Below the pieces are notes generated by a model. That model was not told where the DNA came from, did not search any database, and worked only from the letters and a program-made list of their open reading frames with translations. A DNA stretch of 63,537 nt, counting the filler. It is 6 parts of 6 records of this genome, joined end to end, with 100 filler letters (N's around TTAATTAATTAA, not from the genome) between each part and the next. Parts side by side here need not be neighbours in the genome. Positions count along the whole stretch, not along the records: positions 36,392 to 43,996 come from SRR31156797_11088; positions 44,097 to 55,464 come from SRR31156797_11097; 4 more parts are not named here. One strand, given 5' to 3'. Both the position numbers and the translations under genes were made by a program. Positions 37,799-47,571 of the stretch are shown piece by piece. Numbering within the stretch: the stretch's first letter is position 1; each line of letters opens with the position of its first letter.

Positions 37799-39262
37799 TT
37801 ATATCGTTTCACGGTTGATGCCATGCTTTCGCATCAAATCGTAAAGCCGTGCCTGCTTCAGGCCGGAGATGTGGCAGGCTTTTTTTATATCTCTTTTTGC
37901 ATTGGTCATTAGGCGTTTCAGGTACTTTTTCTCCAATTCCCGATAGCACTTGGCACGGAACTCTTTGAGCGTAGTGAAAGGAGAATAAAGGTCTCTCGAT
38001 GTGCATGGCAAAAATTCGTTTTCTTTTTTTTCTTTGCACCTGTTTTCAGAAGGGTCGATTTTCTCCTTAAATGTAGAGGATTGAATATAGTTGATGCGAA
38101 TGTTTTCAGGCAAGTGGATCGGGTATAGAATCGGATTCTGGGGTTCGGCCAAAATTGCTTTTTCCAAGGCACCGATCAGCTCCCTGACATTGCCCGGCCA
38201 GTCGTATGTTTCTAGAAGTAGAATGAAATCATGTGTAAAGGTTTTCGAACCAAGATTGTTCTTTTCACATAGTTCGCCGATATAATGACAAGCCAGGTTT
38301 GAAATATCAGCTTTTCGTTTTTTGAGTGCAGGCAGTTCAATGGCAACCGTCCTTAGACGAAACAAGAGGTCATCCCGAAATTCTTTTTTTTCAACCATAC
38401 GCTCAAGATTTTTGTTGGTGGCGGAGATGATTCTAAAATCGCTGTGAATTAATTTGTTACTTCCAACGGGACGGAATTGGCGTTCCTGTAAGACCCGTAA
38501 GAGTGATTTTTGTACCGACAGGTTCAGTTCACCAATTTCGTCTAAAAAAAGGGTCCCTTTATGCGCACATTTGATCAACCCTTCACGCGATGCGCTCGCA
38601 CCTGTGAAAGCCCCTTTTTCGTATCCGAACAGTGTACTTTCCACCAGATGTTCAGGCAATACGGTACAATCAACGACAACGAATGGATGTTTGGCCCGAT
38701 GACTGTTCCTATGAATCATTTTGGCAAAAAGTTCTTTGCCCGTTCCTGTTCGGCCGAAGATATGAACATTTGCATCGCTTTTTGCGTATTGGGCCACAGT
38801 TTTGAAGACATTTTTTATCTTTTCACTCTTGCCGACGATTCCATCGGTGTCCAATCGGTGCGATTCCCTGCAGGCCAATTTTTTTTTACGATATTCAAGG
38901 GTTCGCCCCAATTGAGAAGAAATATCTTCTACCGTAAACGGTTTTTTGATAAAATTCCATGCACCGTTTTTAATGGCCAGTTCTACACCTTCTTCGTAAT
39001 TGGAACCGGTGATGATGATGACTTCTGGAGATAATAATTTTTGCTTGATGATGGAAAGCGCTTCCAGGCCGTTGCCATCGGGCAGGAAAATATCCAAAAA
39101 AACAATGTCAATGGGCTCTGTTTCAATGATTTTCAACCCATCCCTCACACCCTCAGCCGTAAACACGGTATGACCGGATTTGTGAATAATGGCTTGCAAG
39201 ATTTCACGAACGGCTTCGTCGTCATCGACAATAAGTATTTTGGGCATAGCTTTTCTTTTCAC
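37799..39262 (-). CDS. Sigma54-dependent NtrC-family response regulator
   Basis: Receiver domain, GRTGTGKE, GAFTGA, FLDEI, WPGNVREL, C-terminal HTH. Confidence 0.95.
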   Translation of the reverse strand: MKRKAMPKILIVDDDEAVREILQAIIHKSGHTVFTAEGVRDGLKIIETEPIDIVFLDIFLPDGNGLEALSIIKQKLLSPEVIIITGSNYEEGVELAIKNGAWNFIKKPFTVEDISSQLGRTLEYRKKKLACRESHRLDTDGIVGKSEKIKNVFKTVAQYAKSDANVHIFGRTGTGKELFAKMIHRNSHRAKHPFVVVDCTVLPEHLVESTLFGYEKGAFTGASASREGLIKCAHKGTLFLDEIGELNLSVQKSLLRVLQERQFRPVGSNKLIHSDFRIISATNKNLERMVEKKEFRDDLLFRLRTVAIELPALKKRKADISNLACHYIGELCEKNNLGSKTFTHDFILLLETYDWPGNVRELIGALEKAILAEPQNPILYPIHLPENIRINYIQSSTFKEKIDPSENRCKEKKENEFLPCTSRDLYSPFTTLKEFRAKCYRELEKKYLKRLMTNAKRDIKKACHISGLKQARLYDLMRKHGINRETI

Positions 39263-39432
39263 GGTTTACGGAAAAATAAATTATCAAAAAACAATAAAGC
39301 CTCCAGAAAGCCATGCTCAAAAGCTTTGTTTTTGGCAGTCCGGCGATCATTACCTTTTTCAGGTTGATCTAATTTTTATGGCACTCGCTGTTCAGAATTT
39401 TTGAACAGAAATTGAATATTTCTTGTTAGAAT

Positions 39433-39447
39433 GCAATTTTCTTGCCA
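39433..39447 (-). promoter_or_regulatory. Sigma54 promoter upstream of the NtrC-family gene
   Basis: Minus strand TGGCAAGAAAATTGC fits GG-N10-GC. Confidence 0.65.
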
Positions 39448-39858
39448 CAAAAAATACGCTTTTTATTCAGGTGGATAGAATGCATAAAGCCGTAGATTGT
39501 CCGATAAGATGACAATTTTTGTCACGATTGTTTCAGTTTTAGTCAACTTGATGGAGTGTTAAAGACGCCCAGGTTCCCTGCTCCTGTTCTGTCTGGGGGG
39601 GATGCATACAATGGCTGTTGAAAAGGTAAGGGGGTTATGTTTCTGATTGGGGCAAACCAGTGTCTGTAAAGCAAAGGTTGAGGTTGTATCGTTTTTCCTA
39701 AAACCTGAATGCGTGAAATACCGGCGATGAACCTGTTGCCTTTTGCTGATTCGTGGGAGGGCCCATTTCTAATTGAAGCTGCCCCTGATGGCTTTCTTCT
39801 ATGAAAAAATCGAATGCCGCAGGGGCAGTTGATTCAATTTGCTATTTCTGGATGGATA

Positions 39859-40068
39859 CTATTTATGTTTTCCCTTGCCTCCGCCTCCTTTGAGTTTGAC
39901 CAGATCCGCACCGATGGTTTCAGCCATCGTTTCGATTTCTGCAAGGCGAAAGTGATCTGCATAGACTTTCAAATCCAGTCCAGATACTGCCGCAATCCTG
40001 AATCGAGGGGCCTTGGAGCCATCTTTGACCTTTTGCCGTTCACGATAAAAAATTGTTCCGCTCATCAT
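39859..40068 (-). CDS. Small hypothetical protein divergent from the CODH operon
   Basis: 69 aa; AGGAGA ribosome-binding site just upstream. Confidence 0.65.
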   Translation of the reverse strand: MMSGTIFYRERQKVKDGSKAPRFRIAAVSGLDLKVYADHFRLAEIETMAETIGADLVKLKGGGGKGKHK

Positions 40069-40108
40069 TGTCTCCTATGAATAGCTGTCATTTTTTATTG
40101 ATTTTATC

Positions 40109-40138
40109 TTGACGACGACGTCGTCGTCTCGATATTAA
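40109..40138 (+). promoter_or_regulatory. Putative sigma70 promoter overlapped by an 18-bp perfect palindrome
   Basis: TTGACG...TATTAA (18-bp spacer); GACGACGACGTCGTCGTC at 40111-40128. Confidence 0.55.
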
Positions 40139-40311
40139 ACTTTACAACATTTATTTATATCACATTTGGAAAAAATAATCTTGCCCTAATACCAATAACG
40201 TGGAAGCCGCTTCCGCTTTCATGCTGTTTGTTTATCCAGGACGGTCGGATACCTCTATCCGATTGTCATGATCACAATCTATCTGTCTGTACGTTGACCG
40301 GGAGAATAGAC

Positions 40312-41574
40312 ATGAAGCATGTTATTGTTGGTAACGGAATTGCCGGAGTAAGCGCCGCTGAGGCGATACGCGTAACCGACGAGACTGCCCACATAACAAT
40401 GATTGGCGATGAAACGTTTCCTCCTTACAGTCGTCCCATGATCAGCCATGTACTGGATGGATCCCAACCTTATTCCAAATTACCCATTCGCTCCCAACGA
40501 TTTTACGAAGATCTGCAGATTGCTCCTCTCCTCGGGAAAAGGGCTATCGGGATCGACTTGGGCCGACGCCATCTCCTGTTACCCGAAGGTGCCCAGGTGG
40601 AATTCGATCGCCTTTTGATTGCAACAGGGGCCGATCCCAGGACATTGAAGGTGGATGGAATGGATCTGGGGAATATTTTTTATATGCGCACCGAAAAACA
40701 TGTCAAACAACAGGTGGCGGCTCTGGACGGAGGTATCCGTCATGCATTGGTCTTGGGGGGTGGCCTGGTTGGATTCAAAGCTGCGTATGGCTTGCTCAAA
40801 AGAGGCCTTTCCGTGACCATGTTGATCCGGTCCGGGTATCCGCTTTCCATGCAGGTGGATGAAACCGCCGGCCGGATGATTCTCGATGAACTATTGCGTC
40901 ACGGCTTGAAAGTAAGGGTGGGGGTGAGTGTTTCAGCTTTCGAAGGAGACGGTTTGGTCCGACAGGTTGCCACGGATACAGGCCGCAGTTTCCCCTGTGA
41001 GATCGTGATTGTGGGCAAAGGGGTTCTGCCAGCAAGGTCGGTTCTTCCGAAGGACCGTATCGATGTCGATCTCGGGGTGCTGGTGGACAATCATCTACAA
41101 ACCAGTGAGCCCGGTATTTATGCCGCCGGTGATGTGGCGGAAATGGAGGACCTTTCCCGGGACACCCAATGGGTCAATGCTCTTTGGCCGGAAGCTGCAG
41201 CCCAGGGGAGGGTGGCGGGTTTCAACATGGCAGGCCGGTCCGTTGCATATCCGGGCAGCCTTAGCCGCAATGTCATGCGTATCTTCGATCTGGATGTACT
41301 CACCGTAGGCAATGCCAATCCACAGGATCCAGGGGTATACCGGATCATTCAAAGAGGCGGTGCCTCCCGCGGCTATTATCGGCGATTGGTATTTAAAAAT
41401 GAACGGCTTGTCGGGGCTGTTTTGATCAATGGGATTGAACAGGGCGGCGTATTGAAAGCGCTGATTGAAAACCGGACTCCCATCCGTTTGCCGCCGGAAG
41501 CGCTGATGGCAAACGGCTTCAATTTTGCCCAGCTGCTCCATTCGCCGATTCCATCTTCCGGTGGTCATCAGTGA
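40312..41574 (+). CDS. FAD/NAD(P)-dependent oxidoreductase (CODH-associated FNOR type)
   Basis: GNGIAG, ATGA, GGGLVG, YAAGD; GGAG upstream of ATG 40312. Confidence 0.9.
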   Translation: MKHVIVGNGIAGVSAAEAIRVTDETAHITMIGDETFPPYSRPMISHVLDGSQPYSKLPIRSQRFYEDLQIAPLLGKRAIGIDLGRRHLLLPEGAQVEFDRLLIATGADPRTLKVDGMDLGNIFYMRTEKHVKQQVAALDGGIRHALVLGGGLVGFKAAYGLLKRGLSVTMLIRSGYPLSMQVDETAGRMILDELLRHGLKVRVGVSVSAFEGDGLVRQVATDTGRSFPCEIVIVGKGVLPARSVLPKDRIDVDLGVLVDNHLQTSEPGIYAAGDVAEMEDLSRDTQWVNALWPEAAAQGRVAGFNMAGRSVAYPGSLSRNVMRIFDLDVLTVGNANPQDPGVYRIIQRGGASRGYYRRLVFKNERLVGAVLINGIEQGGVLKALIENRTPIRLPPEALMANGFNFAQLLHSPIPSSGGHQ

Positions 41575-41600
41575 TTGCTAACTGTTAGTAAGGAGGAACC

Positions 41601-42200
41601 ATGAAACAAGTTGTCGTCCACCCCGAACATTGCGTGGGATGTATGCAATGTATGCTCGCCTGTGCCACCGCCCATTCAAGGAGTTTGTCTATGTACGCCG
41701 CAACCCTGGAAACGCCGCAACCGAAATCCAGAATTCATGTGGGTGCCGGTCGATATAACGAAGGGTTTCCCAACCGTTGCCGCCATTGCGATCCTGCGCC
41801 CTGCCAATCAGCCTGTCTTGCAGGCGCCATCTATCGAAGGGGAAGTACAGGTACCGTAATAATCAACCCGGACCGGTGCATCAATTGCGCTTCCTGTGCC
41901 ATGGCTTGCCCATACGGCGTCATCCGTTTTCACGAAGATCCTTTGGGACCGGCGAATCACGCCATCGCCGTAAAATGCGATAATTGCAGCAGCCGTCTGG
42001 CCAAGGGAATCATTCCCGCCTGTGTAGAGACATGCAAGACCGGTGCATTGACCTATGAGGAGATGGGGGCAGCCATGGAAAGAAAAAACAGAGCCGTGGC
42101 CCGATCAATGTCTTTGGATGCAGAACAGCCCGCAGTCCCTTCGGGTGTGGCCCTATTAAGGGCTGTCAAACAATCTGAATTGCAGCTGTCAAACCGATGA
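41601..42200 (+). CDS. cooF: 4Fe-4S ferredoxin-like electron-transfer protein
   Basis: Four CxxC-type cluster motifs; directly upstream of cooS. Confidence 0.85.
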   Translation: MKQVVVHPEHCVGCMQCMLACATAHSRSLSMYAATLETPQPKSRIHVGAGRYNEGFPNRCRHCDPAPCQSACLAGAIYRRGSTGTVIINPDRCINCASCAMACPYGVIRFHEDPLGPANHAIAVKCDNCSSRLAKGIIPACVETCKTGALTYEEMGAAMERKNRAVARSMSLDAEQPAVPSGVALLRAVKQSELQLSNR

Positions 42201-42223
42201 TAGACCATCACAAGGAGTAGACC

Positions 42224-43996
42224 ATGCTTGATAAAAATAAAAATTTGACCATTACCCAGGATGGAATCCTGCTTTATGAAAAGGCCAGGGCGGATGGTAT
42301 TGAAACCGTATGGGAACGCCATGAAGCCCAGCAGCCCCAGTGTGGTTTTTGTGACATGGGGTTATCCTGCCGGATCTGTATCATGGGGCCATGCCGGGTT
42401 GACCCTTTTGGGGAAGGGCCCCAGGCCGGTGTTTGCGGAGCCGATGCCGATATCATCGTGGCCCGAAATTTGTGTCGAATGGTTGCGGCCGGTGCCGCAT
42501 CGCATTCCGACCACGGTCGAGATTTGGTGGAAGTGCTCGCAGGGGTGGCCGATGGAACTGCCGTCGGGTACCAGATTCGAGATGAAGAGAAACTAAAGCG
42601 TGTTGCTCTGGAGTATGGCGTTGAGATTGATAACAAATCCGTGCTCCACATCGCCGGTGAACTGGCCCAGGCCATGATGGAAGACTACGGGATGCGGCAA
42701 AAGGTCATAAAACTGGTATCCCGTGCTCCTGAAAAACGAAGGGAAATTTGGGATAAATTCAACCTGACCCCTCGTGGTATCGACAGGGAAACCTCGGAGA
42801 TGATGCACAGAACACACATGGGGGTGGACAACAACTGGCAGACTCTTTTGCTGCAGGCCCTGCGAAATTCATTGTCCGACGGCTGGGGGGGATCAATGAT
42901 CGCAACCGAAGTGTCAGACATTCTTTTCGGTGTGCCCACACCGCATCCCACGACCGTCAATGCCGGTGTCCTGAAGGAGGACCAGGTCAATATCGTTGTC
43001 CACGGCCACAATCCGGTGGTTTCTGAAATGGTCTCCAAAGCCTGTATCTCCGAACCAATGTTGGCTCTGGCAAAGGAGAAGGGGGCCGAAGGGATCAACC
43101 TGGTCGGTGTCTGCTGCACGGGAAATGAACTGCTTATGCGCAGGGGAATCGCCATGGCGGGTAACCACCTGATGACCGAACTGATTCTTTCCACCGGAGC
43201 TGTAGACATGATGATCGTCGACTACCAGTGCATCATGCCGTCCGTGGGAAAAGTGGCCGGCTGTTATCATACCAAGATGGTCAGCACCAGTGACAAAGCC
43301 CAGTTCCCTCAAATGGAGCACAAGGAGTTTCATCCGGAAAACGCAGAGGAAAAAGCTGTCGAGGTCGTTCGCGAGGCGATCGATAATTATGCCAATCGGG
43401 GAAATGTCCTGATTCCCGTTTCCCCTCAAAAAGCTGTGGGTGGCTTTTCCGTAGAAACAATCATTGGTGCTATGGGCGGAACACCGGATCCTTTGATCGA
43501 TGCCATCAAGGCTGGAAAAATTCGCGGTGCGGTTGGTATTGTTGGGTGCAACAATCCGAAAATCAAACATGATTACGGCCATGTGACACTGACCCGGCAC
43601 CTCATTGAAAACGACATCCTGGTGGTGGATACGGGTTGTGTGTCCGTTGCCAATGCCAAGGCCGGATTCAAGCTGCCGGAGGCGGCCGACATGGCGGGGC
43701 CGGGGCTCAAGGAGATCTGCAATGCTTTGGGAGTCCCTCCGGTGCTTCACCTGGGCAGTTGTGTGGACAATGTACGTATCCTGGTTCTTGTTTCCGCCCT
43801 GGCCGATGCCCTCGGCGTGGATATCAGCGATCTGCCCGTGGCCGGGTCAGCACCGGAATGGTATTCGGAAAAGGCGGTGACGATCGGTACCTATTTTGTC
43901 GCATCGGGGGTGACCACCCATCTGGGGCCCATGCCGCCCATTACCGGTAGCATGAACGTTGTCAACCTTCTCACTGACGGGCTCAAGGATGTGGTA
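42224..43996 (+). CDS. cooS: Anaerobic Ni-dependent carbon monoxide dehydrogenase, 3'-truncated
   Basis: CRICIMGPC, HSDH, HGHNP, CCTGNE, DYQC, GCNN, TGC, GSCVDN, SEKA. Confidence 0.96.
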
Positions 43997-44096
43997 NNNN
44001 NNNNNNNNNNNNNNNNNNNNNNNNNNNNNNNNNNNNNNNNTTAATTAATTAANNNNNNNNNNNNNNNNNNNNNNNNNNNNNNNNNNNNNNNNNNNN

Positions 44097-44924
44097 ATTT
44101 AAATCAGCCATTCCTCTTCTATTTGAAGATGTGATATTAACATCAGCAATATCATCTATAGTTACTGGAATTGAGTTGTTTGTTTTAACTGTAATATTTT
44201 CAATATCAACAATGTTTTTTAAAAAACCCTTTGCTTGAATCATGTGTTCAAAACCATTTTCTAAAATGATTCTCCCACCTTTTTCATCATTGTTTTTAGT
44301 TAAGGCATTTTTTACATCATTGATACTTATATCATATTGAACAAGTTTATCTTGATCAAGAGTTATTTCATAGTTTTTTATAAAACCACCAACAGAAGCA
44401 ACTTCACTAACTCCATCAACGCCAAGAAGTGCAAACTTGTAATAATAATCTTGAAGCGTTCTTAACTCTTCTAAAGATTTTGTATCTGATTTTAAAGCAT
44501 ATTCATAAGCCCAACCAACACCTGTTGCATCTGGTCCAATTGCCACATCAACACCAGTTGGAAAAGAGCCTTGAAGTTGAGATAACTGCTCTAAGATTCT
44601 ATTTCTAGAATCATATAAATCTGTACCATCTTTAAATATGATATAAATAAGAGCATTTTGAAAAGAACTCATTGCTCTTACAGTTTCAATATTTGGAAGA
44701 CTCATAAGATTAGAGATAAGTGGATAAGAAACTTGGTCTTCAATTGTTTTTGGACTTTGTCCTGGCCACTTAACTTGAACAATAACTTGTGGAGGTGAAA
44801 GGTCAGGAATAGCATCTAAGCTACTGTTTTTTACTGACCAAAACGATGCAACTACTAAAACTAAAGTAAGTATTAGAATTAAAAATTTATTTTTTATACT
44901 GTATGAGATAATTGATTCAACCAT
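44097..44924 (-). CDS. cusA: CusA-type heavy-metal RND permease, N-terminal fragment
   Basis: DAIPDLS, GPDATGVGW, GVSEVASVGG. Confidence 0.9.
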
Positions 44925-44933
44925 AATTATGAC

Positions 44934-45935
44934 CTACCAATCCCCATCATCAGATTCATAAAGTCCATTTGTAATTGCATCTGAATCTAATAAGAATAAA
45001 GCGTTGTTTATAACTTTGTCACCTTCATTTAAACCTGAGATAATCTCATATTTGTTTGATGAAACTCTTTTGGCTTCAATCTCAACTGGCTCATACTCTT
45101 TTGCTGATAGATAAAGAAAAGCGTATTTTTTGTCACCTTTTCTTAGAACTGCAGTTTTAGGAAGTGTTAGTGCATCTTTTGCTTTTTCTCTTATTAAGAC
45201 TTTCCCAAACATATTTGGATAAAGATTTTGTTCTTTATTTTCTAAGATAAATCTAACATCAACAGATTTTGTTTTTTGATTAACAAAAGGATAGATTTTG
45301 TCAACTTTTGCAAGAACTTGTTTTTGTACTCCATCAAGATTTACTTTAGCTTCCATTCCCTCTTTAATAAATGATAAGTCTTTTTGATAAATTGAAGCGA
45401 TAAACCAAAGTTTATCAAGAGAAGCTAGTTGTAAAAGTAGTTTTCCTTTTTTTACTGCACTTCCATTGTTTATCTCTTTTTTTATAACAATTGCATTTGT
45501 TGGAGAATAAACAGGAATATTTTTGATAATATTTTTTGATGATTTAACTTTTTTTATAAATGAAGAAGATACATCCAATGAGTTTAATTTTTCTATATTA
45601 CTTGAGATAAGTTTTTTATTAAAATCTTTTGCAATCTGAATCTCTTGTTGGATAGAGTTAACTTCATCTGAATAGATTGTAAAAAGCAATTGGTTCTTTT
45701 TTATCTCTTTATAATTCTCATTTGCTTCTAATTTTGTGATATAACCGTCAAACCTACTAACAATATCATAAATTTTTGACTCATTAAACTGTGTAGTCCC
45801 ATAAAAGCTTTTTAAGGCACCTATTTGCTCTTTTTTAACTTCAGTGACCTTTTTGTTGAATAACTGCTCAACTTCAAGAATTTGGGCATTTGCTATTGTA
45901 GCCCCGATGATTAGGGTGCTTAGTAACTTTTTCAC
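44934..45935 (-). CDS. CusB-type RND periplasmic adaptor
   Basis: Membrane fusion protein motifs (RFDGYI, YPNMF, ALFLLDSD). Confidence 0.88.
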   Translation of the reverse strand: MKKLLSTLIIGATIANAQILEVEQLFNKKVTEVKKEQIGALKSFYGTTQFNESKIYDIVSRFDGYITKLEANENYKEIKKNQLLFTIYSDEVNSIQQEIQIAKDFNKKLISSNIEKLNSLDVSSSFIKKVKSSKNIIKNIPVYSPTNAIVIKKEINNGSAVKKGKLLLQLASLDKLWFIASIYQKDLSFIKEGMEAKVNLDGVQKQVLAKVDKIYPFVNQKTKSVDVRFILENKEQNLYPNMFGKVLIREKAKDALTLPKTAVLRKGDKKYAFLYLSAKEYEPVEIEAKRVSSNKYEIISGLNEGDKVINNALFLLDSDAITNGLYESDDGDW

Positions 45936-47131
45936 TTTTCTATCCTTGTAAAATAGTATGATTTTGCCAATGCAGTGAAATATTTATCTTTTTCATCAAT
46001 GGCTTTTAGTTTATACTTGATTAATTCATTTTGGTTTTTTATTAAAGAAGAGGTATCTACTTTTTGTTTTAAGTAGCTGTTGTCATTTTCTAGTATTTTT
46101 TCTAACTCTTCATATTTTGGAAGAATCTCTTTTTTGATGATTGAATAAGTTGTAAGTGCATCATCAATATTTTTTTGAAGAGTTTCTATTTTGTTTGAAA
46201 ATTTAAATCGTAAATCTTTTTCTTTATTTTTAAATTGCATAGATTTATATTTTGCTTTTGCAGCTTTTATATTTTCTTTATCATAGATTGACAAAGGAAA
46301 AGCAACTGAAAAGTTAACATAATCTTCAAATCTATCTGCTCTATCAAAATATGTAAGTTTCACTTTTATATCAGAAAGTTTTTTCTCTTTTTCTAAACTT
46401 GAAACATTTTCAAATTTGTTACTTGATTCTTTTATGAGTAAAAGTTGTGGATGGTTTTGAATATCTTTTGGTAACTCAATAGGTTGGATATTCATATTTA
46501 AATCAATAGAAGTGATTTTCTCATAAGTAATCTCTTCAAGTTTTAAATAGTTTGTATTTAATAGAGTTTGTAACTGTTTAGCTTTTAAAGTTAGTTCACT
46601 ATATAAAATTTTTGTATTTAAAATATCTTTTTGATTTGCTTTTCCATATTCATAAAACTTTGTTAATAAAGATTCAAGTCTTTTTACATTTGACTTAAAC
46701 TCCTCAAAAAGAGCCAATCTTTGTTCTAGAAGTTTGATTTTATAAATATATTCATAGATTTTTGATTGAATTTCTAGTTTTTCATTTTGTAATTGGTATT
46801 TTGTTATTGAATAATCATTTTGTGCAATGTTTTTTTGAATATCTAGTCTGTTACTTACAGGAATTGCTTGAGTAACTCCTACAAAATATGCTTGCATTGC
46901 TTCGATGTCTCTTTTTGAAATGTCATTAAATTGAACATCATTCACCCCTAAGCTCAAAATGGGGTTTTCCCATTTTGATGCTAGAGTTATTTGCTCTTGT
47001 GCCTCTGATATTGAACTTTCTAAAGCTTTTAAACTATAATTGTTTTCAAGTGTATTAGAAACTATTGTATCTACGCTTTGAGCATTTAGTAAAAAAGGTA
47101 AAGAGGCAATTAATAGATACTTTTTTAACAT
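45932..47131 (-). CDS. TolC-family outer membrane efflux protein
   Basis: Signal peptide, helical repeats, position in the RND operon. Confidence 0.85.
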   Translation of the reverse strand: MLKKYLLIASLPFLLNAQSVDTIVSNTLENNYSLKALESSISEAQEQITLASKWENPILSLGVNDVQFNDISKRDIEAMQAYFVGVTQAIPVSNRLDIQKNIAQNDYSITKYQLQNEKLEIQSKIYEYIYKIKLLEQRLALFEEFKSNVKRLESLLTKFYEYGKANQKDILNTKILYSELTLKAKQLQTLLNTNYLKLEEITYEKITSIDLNMNIQPIELPKDIQNHPQLLLIKESSNKFENVSSLEKEKKLSDIKVKLTYFDRADRFEDYVNFSVAFPLSIYDKENIKAAKAKYKSMQFKNKEKDLRFKFSNKIETLQKNIDDALTTYSIIKKEILPKYEELEKILENDNSYLKQKVDTSSLIKNQNELIKYKLKAIDEKDKYFTALAKSYYFTRIEK

Positions 47132-47511
47132 TATAAGTTTACGCTTGATCTAATTTTATGTACTTTGCCATCTGCTGTTTTAAACATCAAATGGTATTGC
47201 CATGTTCCACTCATAGAAAGGTTAGCTGAAACTTGATACTTTCCATCAACTAGTTTTCCTTTTCCAACATATTCCATATAAGGCATACCAGGCATTTCAG
47301 GCATAAAGAATTTGATTTTTACTTTTGCATCAGTAACTTTTGTGCCATCTTTAAAAAGAGTTACAAGAAATGTATTGTCTCCAACAACTAAAGATTTTTC
47401 AGATTGTAGCTGAACTTCATACCCATCTTTCTTCCCTTTTAAGTCAATTGGTTGTGCATTTAAAAGTACGAAAGAAAAAATTAAAATTGAAACTATTTTT
47501 AGTAATTTCAT
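47131..47511 (-). CDS. FixH/YtkA-like periplasmic Met-rich copper-binding protein (CrdA-like)
   Basis: Signal peptide; MPEMPGMPYM and MSGTW motifs. Confidence 0.8.
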   Translation of the reverse strand: MKLLKIVSILIFSFVLLNAQPIDLKGKKDGYEVQLQSEKSLVVGDNTFLVTLFKDGTKVTDAKVKIKFFMPEMPGMPYMEYVGKGKLVDGKYQVSANLSMSGTWQYHLMFKTADGKVHKIRSSVNL

Positions 47512-47551
47512 AAAGACTCCTTAAAAAATTTTAAAGAGTTTATATTTTTAA

Positions 47552-47568
47552 TATGGATGTAATGTGGA
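47552..47568 (-). promoter_or_regulatory. Putative OmpR-family direct-repeat box upstream of the efflux operon
   Basis: Minus strand TCCACA-N5-TCCATA. Similar boxes at 48732-48748 and 51252-51268. Confidence 0.5.
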
Positions 47569-47571
47569 AAT

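Noticed and set aside
39645-39700. GGCAAACC suggesting a c-di-GMP-I riboswitch
   Set aside because: The downstream GNRA stem, GCAAAG spacing and P2 helix could not be built.
42274-43950. Long antisense and alternate-frame ORFs over cooS (similar ones over topA, metY, metW and pepD)
   Set aside because: Shadow ORFs over well-supported genes, with no motifs of their own.
43997-44096. ORFs running through X stretches (cooS, cusA, cheB ends) read as pseudogenes or fusions
   Set aside because: They are truncated by contig ends, not by mutation.
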